Assembly (NCBI GenBank): GCA_037444265.1
Contig: JBBIMT010000001.1
Coordinates: forward strand, 1-50,873
Direction of reading: 5' to 3'
DNA from: a bacterium
GTDB lineage: Bacteria > Patescibacteriota > Minisyncoccia > 2-01-FULL-47-10 > JBBIMT01
DNA length: 50,873 nt
Position 1 is the stretch's first letter, and every line of letters starts with the position of its first letter. A model generated the notes under the pieces. It was not told the DNA's origin, did no database searches, and saw only the letters and a list, made by a program, of their open reading frames with translations. Positions 27,155 through 37,241 of the stretch are shown piece after piece. A program made the position numbers and the translations under genes.

Positions 27155-28753
27155 TCACAATTGGATATTTAATTCTTTTAATAATGATTTCCCTGTCATT
27201 TCAGGAGGAATAGGAATTTTAAAAATATCTAAAATCGTTGGCGCAATGTCTGAAAGGAAACCTTTTGCTTCCCGTTTTGCTTTAAAGGTGTCAAGAGTTG
27301 TATTTTCTCTTTTTATTTTCGGAAAAACAATAAACAATGGAACATTGTTTGTTGTATGATCCGGTAGTTTTTCACCAGTATAGGGATCAATCATTAATTC
27401 TGCGTTGCCATGATCTGCTGTAACTAAAAGAATAGTATCATCATTTTTTTCCACAAAAGAGACGATTTTTTTTAAATTTGCATCCACTACTTCAATGGCT
27501 TTGACCGTAGCGTTAAAATCTGCTGTGTGAGCAACCATATCAGGATTAGCGAAATTTACAGCATAGAAGTCGATATCACGATTTTTTTCCAGGTGATTTA
27601 ATAATTTATCAGTAATTTCAGCCGCTCTCATTTCAGGATTAGTAGCAAAAGATGTAACTTGAAGTGAAGGAATTAATTCCCTTTCCTCATTAAAAAATGG
27701 TTTTTCTATCGCGCCATTAAAAAAATAAGTAATGTGCGCATATTTTTCAGTCTCGGCGATACGAAGTTGTTTGATGTTGTGTTTTGATAAAACCTCGCTT
27801 AAACAATTTTTTACTTCCGGGGGTTCGAAAGCAACATACACATTTTTAAAATTTGCGTCATACTGCGTCATTGTCACAAAATATAAATCTTTGATGTTTT
27901 TAGGCTGAAAGACAGGATTTTCAAAACCTAAAAACGCTTTAGTTAATTGACGGGCACTGTCTTCACGATAATTAAAGAATATCACAGCGTCGCCATCTTT
28001 AACAAATTGAGGCATTTTACCATTTTGTTTTACAACCAAAGGAGGGATCATTTCATCAGTAATTCCTTTTGCATAATTTTTAGTCAACGAAATTGCTATA
28101 TCATTAATTTCCTCTCCTTTTCCTTCTGTCATTAATTCATAAGCCTTTTGAGTCCTATCCCAATTTAAATCTCGATCCATTGAATAAAAACGACCAATAA
28201 TTGTCGCTATTTTACCAGCGTTTAATTTTTGAATACGCTCTTGAATTTGCGTCAAAAATTTTGCTCCTTCTTCTATTGGGCTATCGCGACCATCGGTGAA
28301 CAAATGAAGATAAGTCTTATCTGCAATTTGTTCTTTTAAACACAAATCTAATAAAGCATAAAGATGATCAATGTATGAATGTACAGACCCAGAACCGATA
28401 AGTCCCATAATATGCAAGTTTGAGTTATTTTTTTTGATATGTTCTACCGCTCCTAAAAACGCTTTATTTTTAAAAAAAGATCCGTCTCGAACCGCTTGAA
28501 TAATACGAGGAAGATATTGATATATAATTCTTCCAGTTCCAATTGCCATATGACCAACTTCTGAATTTCCTGGTTCAAGCCAAGAAAGTCCGACTGCAAT
28601 ACCAGAAGCCTTTAAAGTAGCAAAGGGATAATTTTTTTCTAAATAATCGAAAGTCGGCGTTCTAGCCGCAGCTATGGCATTACCTTGGGTTCTTATCGAA
28701 ACACCAAATCCATCAAGTATTAAAAGAATAATCCGTTTATTTTTTTCTTCCAT
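27155..28753 (-). CDS. gpmI: 2,3-bisphosphoglycerate-independent phosphoglycerate mutase
   Basis: ILLILDGFG, NSEVGHMAIGTGR, TADHGNAE, and a length of ~530 aa. Confidence 0.92.
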   Translation of the reverse strand: MEEKNKRIILLILDGFGVSIRTQGNAIAAARTPTFDYLEKNYPFATLKASGIAVGLSWLEPGNSEVGHMAIGTGRIIYQYLPRIIQAVRDGSFFKNKAFLGAVEHIKKNNSNLHIMGLIGSGSVHSYIDHLYALLDLCLKEQIADKTYLHLFTDGRDSPIEEGAKFLTQIQERIQKLNAGKIATIIGRFYSMDRDLNWDRTQKAYELMTEGKGEEINDIAISLTKNYAKGITDEMIPPLVVKQNGKMPQFVKDGDAVIFFNYREDSARQLTKAFLGFENPVFQPKNIKDLYFVTMTQYDANFKNVYVAFEPPEVKNCLSEVLSKHNIKQLRIAETEKYAHITYFFNGAIEKPFFNEERELIPSLQVTSFATNPEMRAAEITDKLLNHLEKNRDIDFYAVNFANPDMVAHTADFNATVKAIEVVDANLKKIVSFVEKNDDTILLVTADHGNAELMIDPYTGEKLPDHTTNNVPLFIVFPKIKRENTTLDTFKAKREAKGFLSDIAPTILDIFKIPIPPEMTGKSLLKELNIQL

Positions 28754-28855
28754 ATAGCTTAAATTATACCAAAAACTATGAAAAAATAAAATAAGCCAAA
28801 TTTAAATATTTAAGGTTAGCCATTTACTTTTGGCTCTCATAATAATGTCTACTCA

Positions 28856-30373
28856 TTATTGCACCCTATATTGAAGCGCTTCCAAAATATGATTATTTTG
28901 AATATGCTCAGCACCTTCAAGATCCGCAATAGTGCGAGCAACTTTTATAGTTCTATGAATCTGGCGCGGCGAAAGGAAAAATTTATCAGCAAAAGCCTTT
29001 AATGAAGCCTTTGATATTTCATCGAGTGAACAATATTTTTTTATTGCTAAAAAATTTAAACGTGAATTTAACATTTTTTGCCTTTTTATTTGTAACTTTC
29101 TTGCCGCCTGGACCCTTTTTTTTATCTCTTCAGAGGTACTACCTTCTCTTTTTAAATTAATTACTTTTTCGCTTTCTATTCGAGGCACAAAAATCTGCAT
29201 ATCTATTCTATCTTTAATAGGTCCGGAAATTTTTCTTTGATATTTATGTACCTGAAAAACACTACAGGTGCATTCTCGTTGAGGATCATTATAAAAACCA
29301 CAAGGACAAGGATTATAAGCACCGATTAAAATAAAGGAGGCTGGAAAAACGGCCTTACCAATAGCACGCGTTAATTGTATCTTTCCTTCTTCTAAAGGCT
29401 GTCTTAGCGCTTCCAAAATATTTCGATGAAATTCTGGCAATTCATCTAAAAATAAAACTCCATTATGCGCTAAGGAGATTTCTCCGGGCAAAAGATGTGG
29501 GCCGCCACCAACCATAGCTGTCTCAGAAATAGTATGATGAGGCGCGCGATATGGGGGTTTATTAACAAATGGCGTTGCTTTATTTAAAAGTCCTGCCACA
29601 CTGTAGATTTTTGTAGTTTCGATAATTTCTTGATAATTTAATTCAGGTAAGATAGAAGAAAAAGCGCGAGCTAATAAAGTTTTCCCTGAACCAGGTGGAC
29701 CGAAAAATAAAATATTATGAGCGCCAGCTGCTGCAATCTCAAGTGCTCTTTTTGCATTCTCTTGGCCACGAATGTCAGAAAAATCGATCGTTTCTGCTAA
29801 ATGACTTTTTTGATCAGAGGAATTAACATTACCATAAAAAGGAGTCAAAACATTATTGCCTTTAATATGATCTAATAACTGTGCTAAATGACTAATTGGA
29901 AAAATCTCGATATCTTTTATTAAAGATGCCTCTTTAGCATTTGAGAAAGGTAAAAATATTTTCTTAAAACCTTCTTCTTTTGCTTTAAGTGTAGCCAGCA
30001 ACACCCCTTTGACTGGTTTAACCGATCCATCAAGACCAAGCTCCCCTATAAAAATAGTTTTATCATCATCAAATAAAATCTGTTCAGTTGCTTTTAAAAC
30101 CGCTATTGATATGGGTAAATCGAAATGAGAGCCAGTTTTTTTAATATCAGCTGGGGCTAAATTAATTCTAATTTTTCGAATAATGCTATCGGGCGATTGA
30201 AATCCTGAATTTTTTAAAGCCGAGGATATTCTCTCTCTTGCCTCTCTCACGGCATTATCTGGTAATCCTACTACTGAAAAAGACCTCAATCCTTTGCTCA
30301 TATCTGCCTCTACTTCGATAATAGTCGCATCAATCCCCAAAAAAGCTACTGAAAATATTTTGGTCTTTAACAT
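28856..30373 (-). CDS. comM: YifB/ComM family Mg-chelatase-like AAA+ ATPase
   Basis: N-terminal Lon-protease-like domain, DIRGQENAKRALEIAAAG, Walker A GPPGSGKT, and VLFLDELPEF. Confidence 0.9.
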   Translation of the reverse strand: MLKTKIFSVAFLGIDATIIEVEADMSKGLRSFSVVGLPDNAVREARERISSALKNSGFQSPDSIIRKIRINLAPADIKKTGSHFDLPISIAVLKATEQILFDDDKTIFIGELGLDGSVKPVKGVLLATLKAKEEGFKKIFLPFSNAKEASLIKDIEIFPISHLAQLLDHIKGNNVLTPFYGNVNSSDQKSHLAETIDFSDIRGQENAKRALEIAAAGAHNILFFGPPGSGKTLLARAFSSILPELNYQEIIETTKIYSVAGLLNKATPFVNKPPYRAPHHTISETAMVGGGPHLLPGEISLAHNGVLFLDELPEFHRNILEALRQPLEEGKIQLTRAIGKAVFPASFILIGAYNPCPCGFYNDPQRECTCSVFQVHKYQRKISGPIKDRIDMQIFVPRIESEKVINLKREGSTSEEIKKRVQAARKLQIKRQKMLNSRLNFLAIKKYCSLDEISKASLKAFADKFFLSPRQIHRTIKVARTIADLEGAEHIQNNHILEALQYRVQ

Positions 30374-30437
30374 TAAAAGCTAAGAGTTTTGCCTACCCCT
30401 CAAAGCTCCTTGCAATAATTTTACTATAAAAAACTCA

Positions 30438-30803
30438 TTATTTTTTTTGTTTTTTCAAACATTTAACGCAAAATTTCGCTTCTGGAACTATCTCTAATCT
30501 TTTTTCTGGAATTGGCTGACCGCATTTAATACAAATCCCATATTTTCCTTTTTCTATATTTAAAAGCGCCTCTTTAACTTCTTGTAATCTTTTTTCTAAC
30601 CGATATTCAACTGGCAATGTTTCAATATAACTTTCAAACTCTAAAGCGCTATCCTCCAAAGAACTTCCATAATTAGGGTATTTTGTTTCATAATCCCCTT
30701 TTAATTTTGGGTTTTCGGTCCCTAAATTATTTAATTCTTTTTCAAGTTCCGCTTCTTTTGCAAGAAGAAGCCTTTTAAATTTTTCTAGTTTATTCTTATT
30801 CAT
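30438..30803 (-). CDS. DksA/TraR-family C4 zinc-finger protein (YteA-like)
   Basis: Coiled-coil N-terminus, then YGICIKCGQPIPEKRLEIVPEAKFCVKC (CxxC-N17-CxxC). Confidence 0.8.
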   Translation of the reverse strand: MNKNKLEKFKRLLLAKEAELEKELNNLGTENPKLKGDYETKYPNYGSSLEDSALEFESYIETLPVEYRLEKRLQEVKEALLNIEKGKYGICIKCGQPIPEKRLEIVPEAKFCVKCLKKQKK

Positions 30804-30949
30804 TTATCCAAAAAGTCTTGTTAACAAATAAAGATAACAAGATTATAAATATTTTTTATTGAGCGCATTTTAACATATTATTTTAAAAAAACAAGTATTT
30901 TAAATATTCTTATTATTTTTAAAATAAAAAAAATAAATTTTTAAAAAAA

Positions 30950-31190
30950 TAAAAAACGGCTAAAACCAAAAAAGGCCGTATCGACATTTTGTATACAGTT
31001 TAATGCGGGGCGTTTTAAAACCCAAAAAGCCAATCTTGTAAATGGGTAAACGCCCCGCAAAAGTCTTTTGGTTTTTTGTTAGCCGCTCTTCCCTAAGATT
31101 TTTCCAGATACCCCTAAACAAGAGGTATTAAGATTGCCAAAGCGCATTATAGCGCGGCAGTTAAAAAAGGAAAAATCTTGGCAAAGAGCA
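30950..31190. ncRNA. Candidate structured RNA (or palindromic MITE-like element), about 235 nt, family unknown, strand unresolved
   Basis: GC-enriched island in a 469-bp AT-rich intergenic gap. Nested helices: 30957-30971 with 31066-31085; 31005-31015 with 31048-31058 (11 bp GC-rich); 31021-31024 with 31043-31046; 31085-31105 with 31169-31189; 31108-31112 with 31124-31128; 31136-31145 with 31152-31158. On the minus strand the outer helix is followed by U6-A-U7. Confidence 0.45.
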
Positions 31191-31272
31191 GTATAACTAA
31201 CCAAAAGCATTCAAAAAGAACTCTTAAAGAACTGTGATCAGGATTTTTTTATTATTTCATTTTTTTGAAAAA

Positions 31273-32376
31273 TTATTCTGAAAATTCCTGATCATTATTA
31301 ATTATAGCATTTTCATTTTCCGAAGTCAATGTATTATCCTGTGGATAACTTTCAAAGGCTGAATCCATATTAATAATTCTATCAATTGCTGCAAACATAC
31401 TATCTTTTGAGGTTGTAAAAATGAATAAATTGGATTTATTTATTATAGCATAATCTAAAGAAAAGTTTAAATCTTTAAAATTATAGTAGCGAATTCCAAC
31501 ATTTTTATAGTTTGCATCCTTAAATAAAGGAATTTCAGTATTAAAATCCGAAACTGTCACCCCCAAAATATTTTCAATTTTTTGAATAAATTGATTTTCT
31601 GATTCTTTAAGACTATTTATTAAATCAATATCGCTTTCTTCTTTTTTTTCTATTTCTAAAACAGCCCCATATGCGGGCATGCCGTTTGTATCAATATAAA
31701 CGAATAAATTATAAAATTTCTGATTGAACTTACTAATAATTTTAGGATTTAAATTAATATTCAATCTTTTAAGTAACTCACTAATAGAAGGCACTTTCCC
31801 TTCTATGGTTAAAAAAAGCCTTATAAAAATATTCTTATCAGTTTCATTAAATTGCTGTGAAAAATTTTTCAAAAAAGCCAGCACATCATCATTTTCTACA
31901 ATATTTATTAAATACTTCTGCTCCATAAAAAATTTATTCACTATCGCTTCAGGGTTTTCTTTTTCTTCAGGTTTAGGAGATGAAATAAAAACCTCTTGAT
32001 TTAAATCAAGTTCATTTTCATTATTTTGCTGAAGCGACATAAGACTAACATTTTGAGCAGGCAATTGCGTAGCTGGATAAATAATATACCACCAAGATAA
32101 AGCCATAGAAATTACACTACCTAAAATCGTAAGTAGAAGTATTACGATTAAAACAGGGTGTTTATCTTGATGTTCAAAAATATAAGTTTGTTCTTGTTCA
32201 AGCGCGAAAGCGCCCGCTCTTTGTCTGATTTTTGAAGCTTTTTGTTGTTCTTTAAAATTTTGTAAAACCGCTTTTGCTTTTGCTTGTTCTCTTTCCAATT
32301 CATCAGTCATTGTAACAATTTCAAATTGTTCCTGACTACCACTACTTGCTTTTTTTGAAAAATCAGAATATATCAT
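31273..32376 (-). CDS. Hypothetical single-pass membrane protein (cytoplasmic coiled N-terminus, external ~270-aa domain; faintly DUF3352-like at the C-terminus)
   Basis: TM segment HPVLIVILLLTILGSVISMALSWWYIIY. The start codon is 9 nt after the pnp stop. Confidence 0.45.
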   Translation of the reverse strand: MIYSDFSKKASSGSQEQFEIVTMTDELEREQAKAKAVLQNFKEQQKASKIRQRAGAFALEQEQTYIFEHQDKHPVLIVILLLTILGSVISMALSWWYIIYPATQLPAQNVSLMSLQQNNENELDLNQEVFISSPKPEEKENPEAIVNKFFMEQKYLINIVENDDVLAFLKNFSQQFNETDKNIFIRLFLTIEGKVPSISELLKRLNINLNPKIISKFNQKFYNLFVYIDTNGMPAYGAVLEIEKKEESDIDLINSLKESENQFIQKIENILGVTVSDFNTEIPLFKDANYKNVGIRYYNFKDLNFSLDYAIINKSNLFIFTTSKDSMFAAIDRIINMDSAFESYPQDNTLTSENENAIINNDQEFSE

Positions 32377-32385
32377 TTTAATATT

Positions 32386-34476
32386 TTATTTATTAAGTCT
32401 TTTTAAAGAAAGTTGAACTTTCCCGGAGTCTTCATCTACTCCAATTACTTTAACTTCGAGATCTTGACCTATTTTAACTATATCATGAACATTTTTGACG
32501 AACTTATTAGCAAGTTCAGATATATGAATTAATCCTTGTTTGCCAGGAGCATATTCTAAAAAGGCACCAAAATCAGTAATGCCAACTATTTTCCCTTTTA
32601 AAATTTGACCTACTTCTGGCATCTTTATTATTAATTCTATCATATTTTTCGCTTTTTGAGCACTTTCTTGATTATCTGTTGTGATATAAAGAATTCCTGA
32701 ATCTTCAATGTCAATTTTTGCGCCTGTTTGATTGATAATTTCTCTTATATTTTCTCCGCCAGAACCAATAATTTCGCGAATTTTTTGGGGGTCTATTTGA
32801 ATTGTCAAAACCCTTGGAGCGTATTTTGAAAGTTCTGCTCTTGGCCGACTTAAAACAGAATCCATTACTGATAATATTTTAATTCGAGCTTCTTTAGCTT
32901 GTTCTAAAGCTTCAGATAAAATCTTAAGCGGCACTCCCTGGAGTTTGACATCAAGTTGAATAGCGGTAATACCGATTTCAGTGCCAGCCACTTTAAAATC
33001 CATATGACCATAATGATCTTCAGGCCCTTGAATATCGGTTAATATTTTATAATTGTTTTCATCTTGATAAACGAGCCCTATTGCAATTCCTGCAACATTG
33101 CGTTTTATTGGCACTCCAGCATCCATCAAAGCCAATGATGACGCACAAACTGATGCCATGGAAGTTGAGCCGTTTGAAGATAATATTTCAGTAACTATTC
33201 TAATAGTATAAGGAAATTCTTTTTCAGATGGCAGCAATTGTTTTAAAGCCTTTTCCACTAAAGCGCCATGTCCAATTTCTCTTCTGCCTGGTCCCCTAAG
33301 TGGCGCTACTTCACCGGGCGCAAATGGCGGAAAATTATAATGATGCATAAAACGACTTTTACCAACAACTTCCATGCCTTCAATATAAAGTTCCTCCCCA
33401 GGAGCGCCTAAAGTTAAAACAGATAAAGCTTGAGTTAAGCCTCTTTCGAAATACGCCGATCCATGAGGTCTGGGTAAAACCCCTACCTGAACTTTAAGAG
33501 GTCTAATTTCGTTTAGTTTCCTACCATCAGGTCTTTTTTCTTTTTCAATGATATTTTTGAAAAATACTTCTGCAGTTTTAATTTCAAAAATTTCTATCGC
33601 TTCAGATAATGAAAAATCAGTGGATTGTTTTTTAATAAAATCTTCGAAATCACGTCTAAATTTTAAAGATTCTAATTTGGCTAAAACATTAAATTCTGGT
33701 TTATAAAGATATTTATCGATATTTTGATAAATAAAATTAGCAACAACCTTTTGGAGTTCTTCGTTAAAAATATGCTCTGGAGTTTCTCTTTTAGTAGGTT
33801 TGTATTCTTTTACAATTTCATTTTGAAAATCAATCAACATTTTAAGAAAATTAGAGCCAAAATCTATTGCTTTAACTATTTCTTTTTCAGAAATTTCTTT
33901 TGCGCCGCATTCGATCATTGTTATTAAATTCCCATCACCAGCCACAATCAAATCAAGCTCGCTGCGAGACATTTCATCGTAAGTAGGATTAATAATTAAT
34001 CTGCCATTAATCTTACCAATTTTAACTCCAGCTACGGGACCATTAAAGGGAATATCAGAAATACAAAGAGCCACAGAAGCTCCTAATAAAGCTAAAATGT
34101 CTGGGTCGTTTTCTTTGTCAAAAGATAAAATTGTAGCGATAATTTGAATATCGTTTCTTATATTTTGATTAAATCTTGGTCTTATAGTTCGATCTATCAT
34201 TCTAGCTGATAATATTGCTTCATCTGATGGCTTGCCTTCTCTTTTGACAAAACGTGACCCTTTGATTCGTCCAGCAGCATAAAATTTTTCATCATAATCA
34301 ACAAGTAAAGGAAAATAATCTATTCCTTCCCGCACTGTGTTAGACATCGTAGCCGTAACTAAAACAACAGTCTCACCGCAAGTTACCAAAACCGAACCAT
34401 TGGCTTGAGGCGCATAAGCTTTTACCTCTAAAACCAATTCTCGACCAGCAAAATTTAAACTAAAACGACGACTCAT
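32386..34476 (-). CDS. pnp: Polyribonucleotide nucleotidyltransferase (PNPase)
   Basis: Two RNase PH domains, then KH (GSGGENIREI) and S1 (GKIVGITDFGAFLEY) domains. Confidence 0.95.
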   Translation of the reverse strand: MSRRFSLNFAGRELVLEVKAYAPQANGSVLVTCGETVVLVTATMSNTVREGIDYFPLLVDYDEKFYAAGRIKGSRFVKREGKPSDEAILSARMIDRTIRPRFNQNIRNDIQIIATILSFDKENDPDILALLGASVALCISDIPFNGPVAGVKIGKINGRLIINPTYDEMSRSELDLIVAGDGNLITMIECGAKEISEKEIVKAIDFGSNFLKMLIDFQNEIVKEYKPTKRETPEHIFNEELQKVVANFIYQNIDKYLYKPEFNVLAKLESLKFRRDFEDFIKKQSTDFSLSEAIEIFEIKTAEVFFKNIIEKEKRPDGRKLNEIRPLKVQVGVLPRPHGSAYFERGLTQALSVLTLGAPGEELYIEGMEVVGKSRFMHHYNFPPFAPGEVAPLRGPGRREIGHGALVEKALKQLLPSEKEFPYTIRIVTEILSSNGSTSMASVCASSLALMDAGVPIKRNVAGIAIGLVYQDENNYKILTDIQGPEDHYGHMDFKVAGTEIGITAIQLDVKLQGVPLKILSEALEQAKEARIKILSVMDSVLSRPRAELSKYAPRVLTIQIDPQKIREIIGSGGENIREIINQTGAKIDIEDSGILYITTDNQESAQKAKNMIELIIKMPEVGQILKGKIVGITDFGAFLEYAPGKQGLIHISELANKFVKNVHDIVKIGQDLEVKVIGVDEDSGKVQLSLKRLNK

Positions 34477-34525
34477 TGCATTTACAAAAATAATTTATAA
34501 CACTTGTAAACAGATAATTGTAAAT

Positions 34526-35092
34526 TTAAATTTCAAAAATTATCTCCTCTTTAGAAGGCTGAACTAAAGAGCTTTTTTTATTTTTTTTCTTGGGAAAAAT
34601 CAAAAACTTTTTTTCATACTGGGAAATATCAAAAAAATAATCAGCTTCGTTTATTAAAGCTGATGAAGAGCTGGCTCGAAATCCAGCAATTTCCACTAAA
34701 CAGCCTGAATTTTCTCGAAGATATTTGATAAGAGGAACATAATCCCCATCTCCAGTACAAAGTATAACTGCATCTAATTTTTTTGATAATTTTATAGCAT
34801 CAACAGTAATACCCACATCCCAGTCACCTTTTTTCATTCCCCCAGGATAAGTCTGGAGAGGCTTTGATTTGACCTCGATTCCAGCTTTTTGAAGAGCATT
34901 TAAAAAGGCTTCTTTATCTTCTTGGTGCGTATCGACATCATAAGCGATAGCACGAATTAACCGACGATTACCGATTAAAAATTCGACTAATTTTTTAAAA
35001 TTTACTTTGGCCTGAAATAAATGTTTTGCCGAATGATATAAATTAGGCACATCTATAAAAACACCAATTCTCTGATCGGAATATTTAATCAT
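34526..35092 (-). CDS. NYN-domain (LabA/DUF88-like) putative ribonuclease
   Basis: [15 protein letters not shown]...[11 protein letters not shown]...[20 protein letters not shown]...VEIAGF. The start overlaps the rpsO stop as ATGA (35089-35092). Confidence 0.75.
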   Translation of the reverse strand: MIKYSDQRIGVFIDVPNLYHSAKHLFQAKVNFKKLVEFLIGNRRLIRAIAYDVDTHQEDKEAFLNALQKAGIEVKSKPLQTYPGGMKKGDWDVGITVDAIKLSKKLDAVILCTGDGDYVPLIKYLRENSGCLVEIAGFRASSSSALINEADYFFDISQYEKKFLIFPKKKNKKSSLVQPSKEEIIFEI

Positions 35093-35355
35093 TTTCTTAA
35101 CCCGAGTTTTTTTAATAAAGAAGAATAAAGCCTTGGATTAGTAGTTTGAATATAATCTAAAAGTCGCTGTCGCTTAGAAACAATTTTCAAAAGCCCTCTT
35201 CTTGAAGAGTTATCTTTAGGATGTTCTTTTAAATGTTGGGTTAGATTTTTTATCTGTTCAGAAAAAAGCGCTACCTGCACCGCTGCTGAACCGGTATCTT
35301 TCTCGTGAAGTTTAAATTTTTCTATTATCTTTTTCTTTTTTTCTGGTTTAATCAT
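35089..35355 (-). CDS. rpsO: 30S ribosomal protein S15
   Basis: [50 protein letters not shown]. Confidence 0.95.
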   Translation of the reverse strand: MIKPEKKKKIIEKFKLHEKDTGSAAVQVALFSEQIKNLTQHLKEHPKDNSSRRGLLKIVSKRQRLLDYIQTTNPRLYSSLLKKLGLRK

Positions 35356-35654
35356 ATATCAAATGAAAATATAGAAATTATTAAAAATATGTTTTTGGCT
35401 ATTTTGCTTTATAGCATTTAGGTAATCTAAATAACTAGTTATATTTTATCTCAATTTTTTGAAAATGTCTACCGATCAATAAAACAATATCATTAAGTAA
35501 AAAATTGAATAAACAATGTAGGATAATTTACCATACTTTTTAAAAATTTCAATGTTTTATTTCCAGCTTTTACAAAACCAAAAATATTTCTTAAAATTAA
35601 GCCTATTATAAATAAAAAGCCGATCTTTCAAGTTATTATTTATTTTAACCAGCG

Positions 35655-37127
35655 CTACTTTATCCAGTGTTTTTCTTTAAAATGCTGATCGCGTTCATAA
35701 ATTTCTCTATCAATACGGTATCTTTTTTGTTTTAACTGTTCATCTGAAAGTTGGTGAAGTTCAACAGCGCGTCGTTTTAAAATTTCTTTTTTATTGTTTT
35801 GGGGGTTATCTAAAATTTCGGCAAGTAAAGCATTAAGAATTAACCCAACGCGAGGTCCTGGTGGAATTTTTAATAAATCCATAATTTCATTACCATTAAT
35901 ATCAAGTTGAGTAACATGAATTGGATCAGCTGAAACTTTTTCTATCATATATTCAAAATGACGCAGTTTATAGGGTTTTTCTTTAGGAACTGGCGTTGCT
36001 TTTCTATCGGCAATCCTCACTGCCACTAAATCTTTCATTGGAGATAACCCGCCCATTTTCATTATTAATCTTCTTACAGCTGATTCAGTAACCTTACCAA
36101 CATCGTAAAAAAACATATGATTGATAATAATTTTATAAACCCCTTCAATAACTTCATTAGAAAATTTTAACCGCCTTAAAATGTCTCGCGCCATTTCCGC
36201 CCCAATAACTTGATGACCATAAAAAGTAATTCTTTCAGGAGTTACTTTTTTAGTTCGCGGTTTCCCAATATCGTGTAAAAGAGCCGCTAACCTAACTACT
36301 AAAGTCGCGTTTTCCATCTCTGATGCTTTCTTTAAAGCTAAAACCGAATGTTTAAAAACATCGTATCGATGAGGAGGGCTTTGGATACAATTTATACCCT
36401 CACGCAATTCAGGTATAATATACTCTAAAAGACCAGTATCTTCCAAAAGAAAAATACCTTCCGCGGCTCTTGGAGACATGATAATTTTTATAAACTCATC
36501 GCGAATCCTTTCAGCTGATATTTTTGTTAAATTAAAAGCAGCTTTTTTAATTGCTTCGAAAGTTCTTTTTTCGATTTCAAAATTTAAAACCACAGCAAAT
36601 CTTACCGCGCGCAAAAGCCTCAAAGCATCTTCATTAAATCTTTCAATTGGTTCTCCAACAGTTCTAATTATCTTATTTTTTATATCTACTTGACCATTAT
36701 GGGGATCGATAATTTTTTTGACTTTACCCTGATTGTCAATATCAAGTGCTATAGCATTAATAGTAAAATCTCTCCTAGATAAATCTTCAAAAATCGTCTT
36801 AGCAAATTTCACCTCATCAGGACGTCTCTGATCAGAATACTTCCCTTCAATTCTATATGTAGTCGCCTCAATCAATAAATTCTTATCATTTTTATTTTTT
36901 ACAACAACTGTTACAGTGCCAAATTTATTCTCATAAAAACTTCCTGGAAAAATTTTCTGGATTTGCTCCGGAGTAGCGTTGGTAGTTAAATCCCAATTAT
37001 CCAGTGGCTCAGGAGGCATACCACGCAACAAATCTCTCACCACTCCTCCAACTAAATAAGCTTCAAAATTCGCTTGCTTTAAAGCATTAACAACTTCAGT
37101 AATTTTTTCAGGAATTTTTATTTCCAT
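35655..37127 (-). CDS. cca: CCA-adding tRNA nucleotidyltransferase with HD domain
   Basis: YLVGGVVRDLLRG, RRDFTINA, and HD motif LLHDIGKP. Confidence 0.85.
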   Translation of the reverse strand: MEIKIPEKITEVVNALKQANFEAYLVGGVVRDLLRGMPPEPLDNWDLTTNATPEQIQKIFPGSFYENKFGTVTVVVKNKNDKNLLIEATTYRIEGKYSDQRRPDEVKFAKTIFEDLSRRDFTINAIALDIDNQGKVKKIIDPHNGQVDIKNKIIRTVGEPIERFNEDALRLLRAVRFAVVLNFEIEKRTFEAIKKAAFNLTKISAERIRDEFIKIIMSPRAAEGIFLLEDTGLLEYIIPELREGINCIQSPPHRYDVFKHSVLALKKASEMENATLVVRLAALLHDIGKPRTKKVTPERITFYGHQVIGAEMARDILRRLKFSNEVIEGVYKIIINHMFFYDVGKVTESAVRRLIMKMGGLSPMKDLVAVRIADRKATPVPKEKPYKLRHFEYMIEKVSADPIHVTQLDINGNEIMDLLKIPPGPRVGLILNALLAEILDNPQNNKKEILKRRAVELHQLSDEQLKQKRYRIDREIYERDQHFKEKHWIK

Positions 37128-37241
37128 ATAAAAAAAATTTATAATCTAATTTATAATATCTTTAAAAGCTTTTTCGATTTTTAAAGCTCAGTCTTATGAG
37201 TTCTTTTAAAAAAGTGCACCAGGCAAAAATTTTTAATAATC

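Noticed and set aside
30950-31190. Identifying the structured element as RNase P RNA, SRP/4.5S RNA, tmRNA or 6S RNA
   Set aside because: It lacks GAGGAAAGUCC/ACAGAA-type RNase P cores. It lacks the GGAA-tetraloop/AGCAGC SRP domain IV motif. It lacks a tRNA-like CCA end or tag ORF for tmRNA. The two-domain fold is unlike the single long bulged hairpin of 6S. Only a covariance-model search can settle this.
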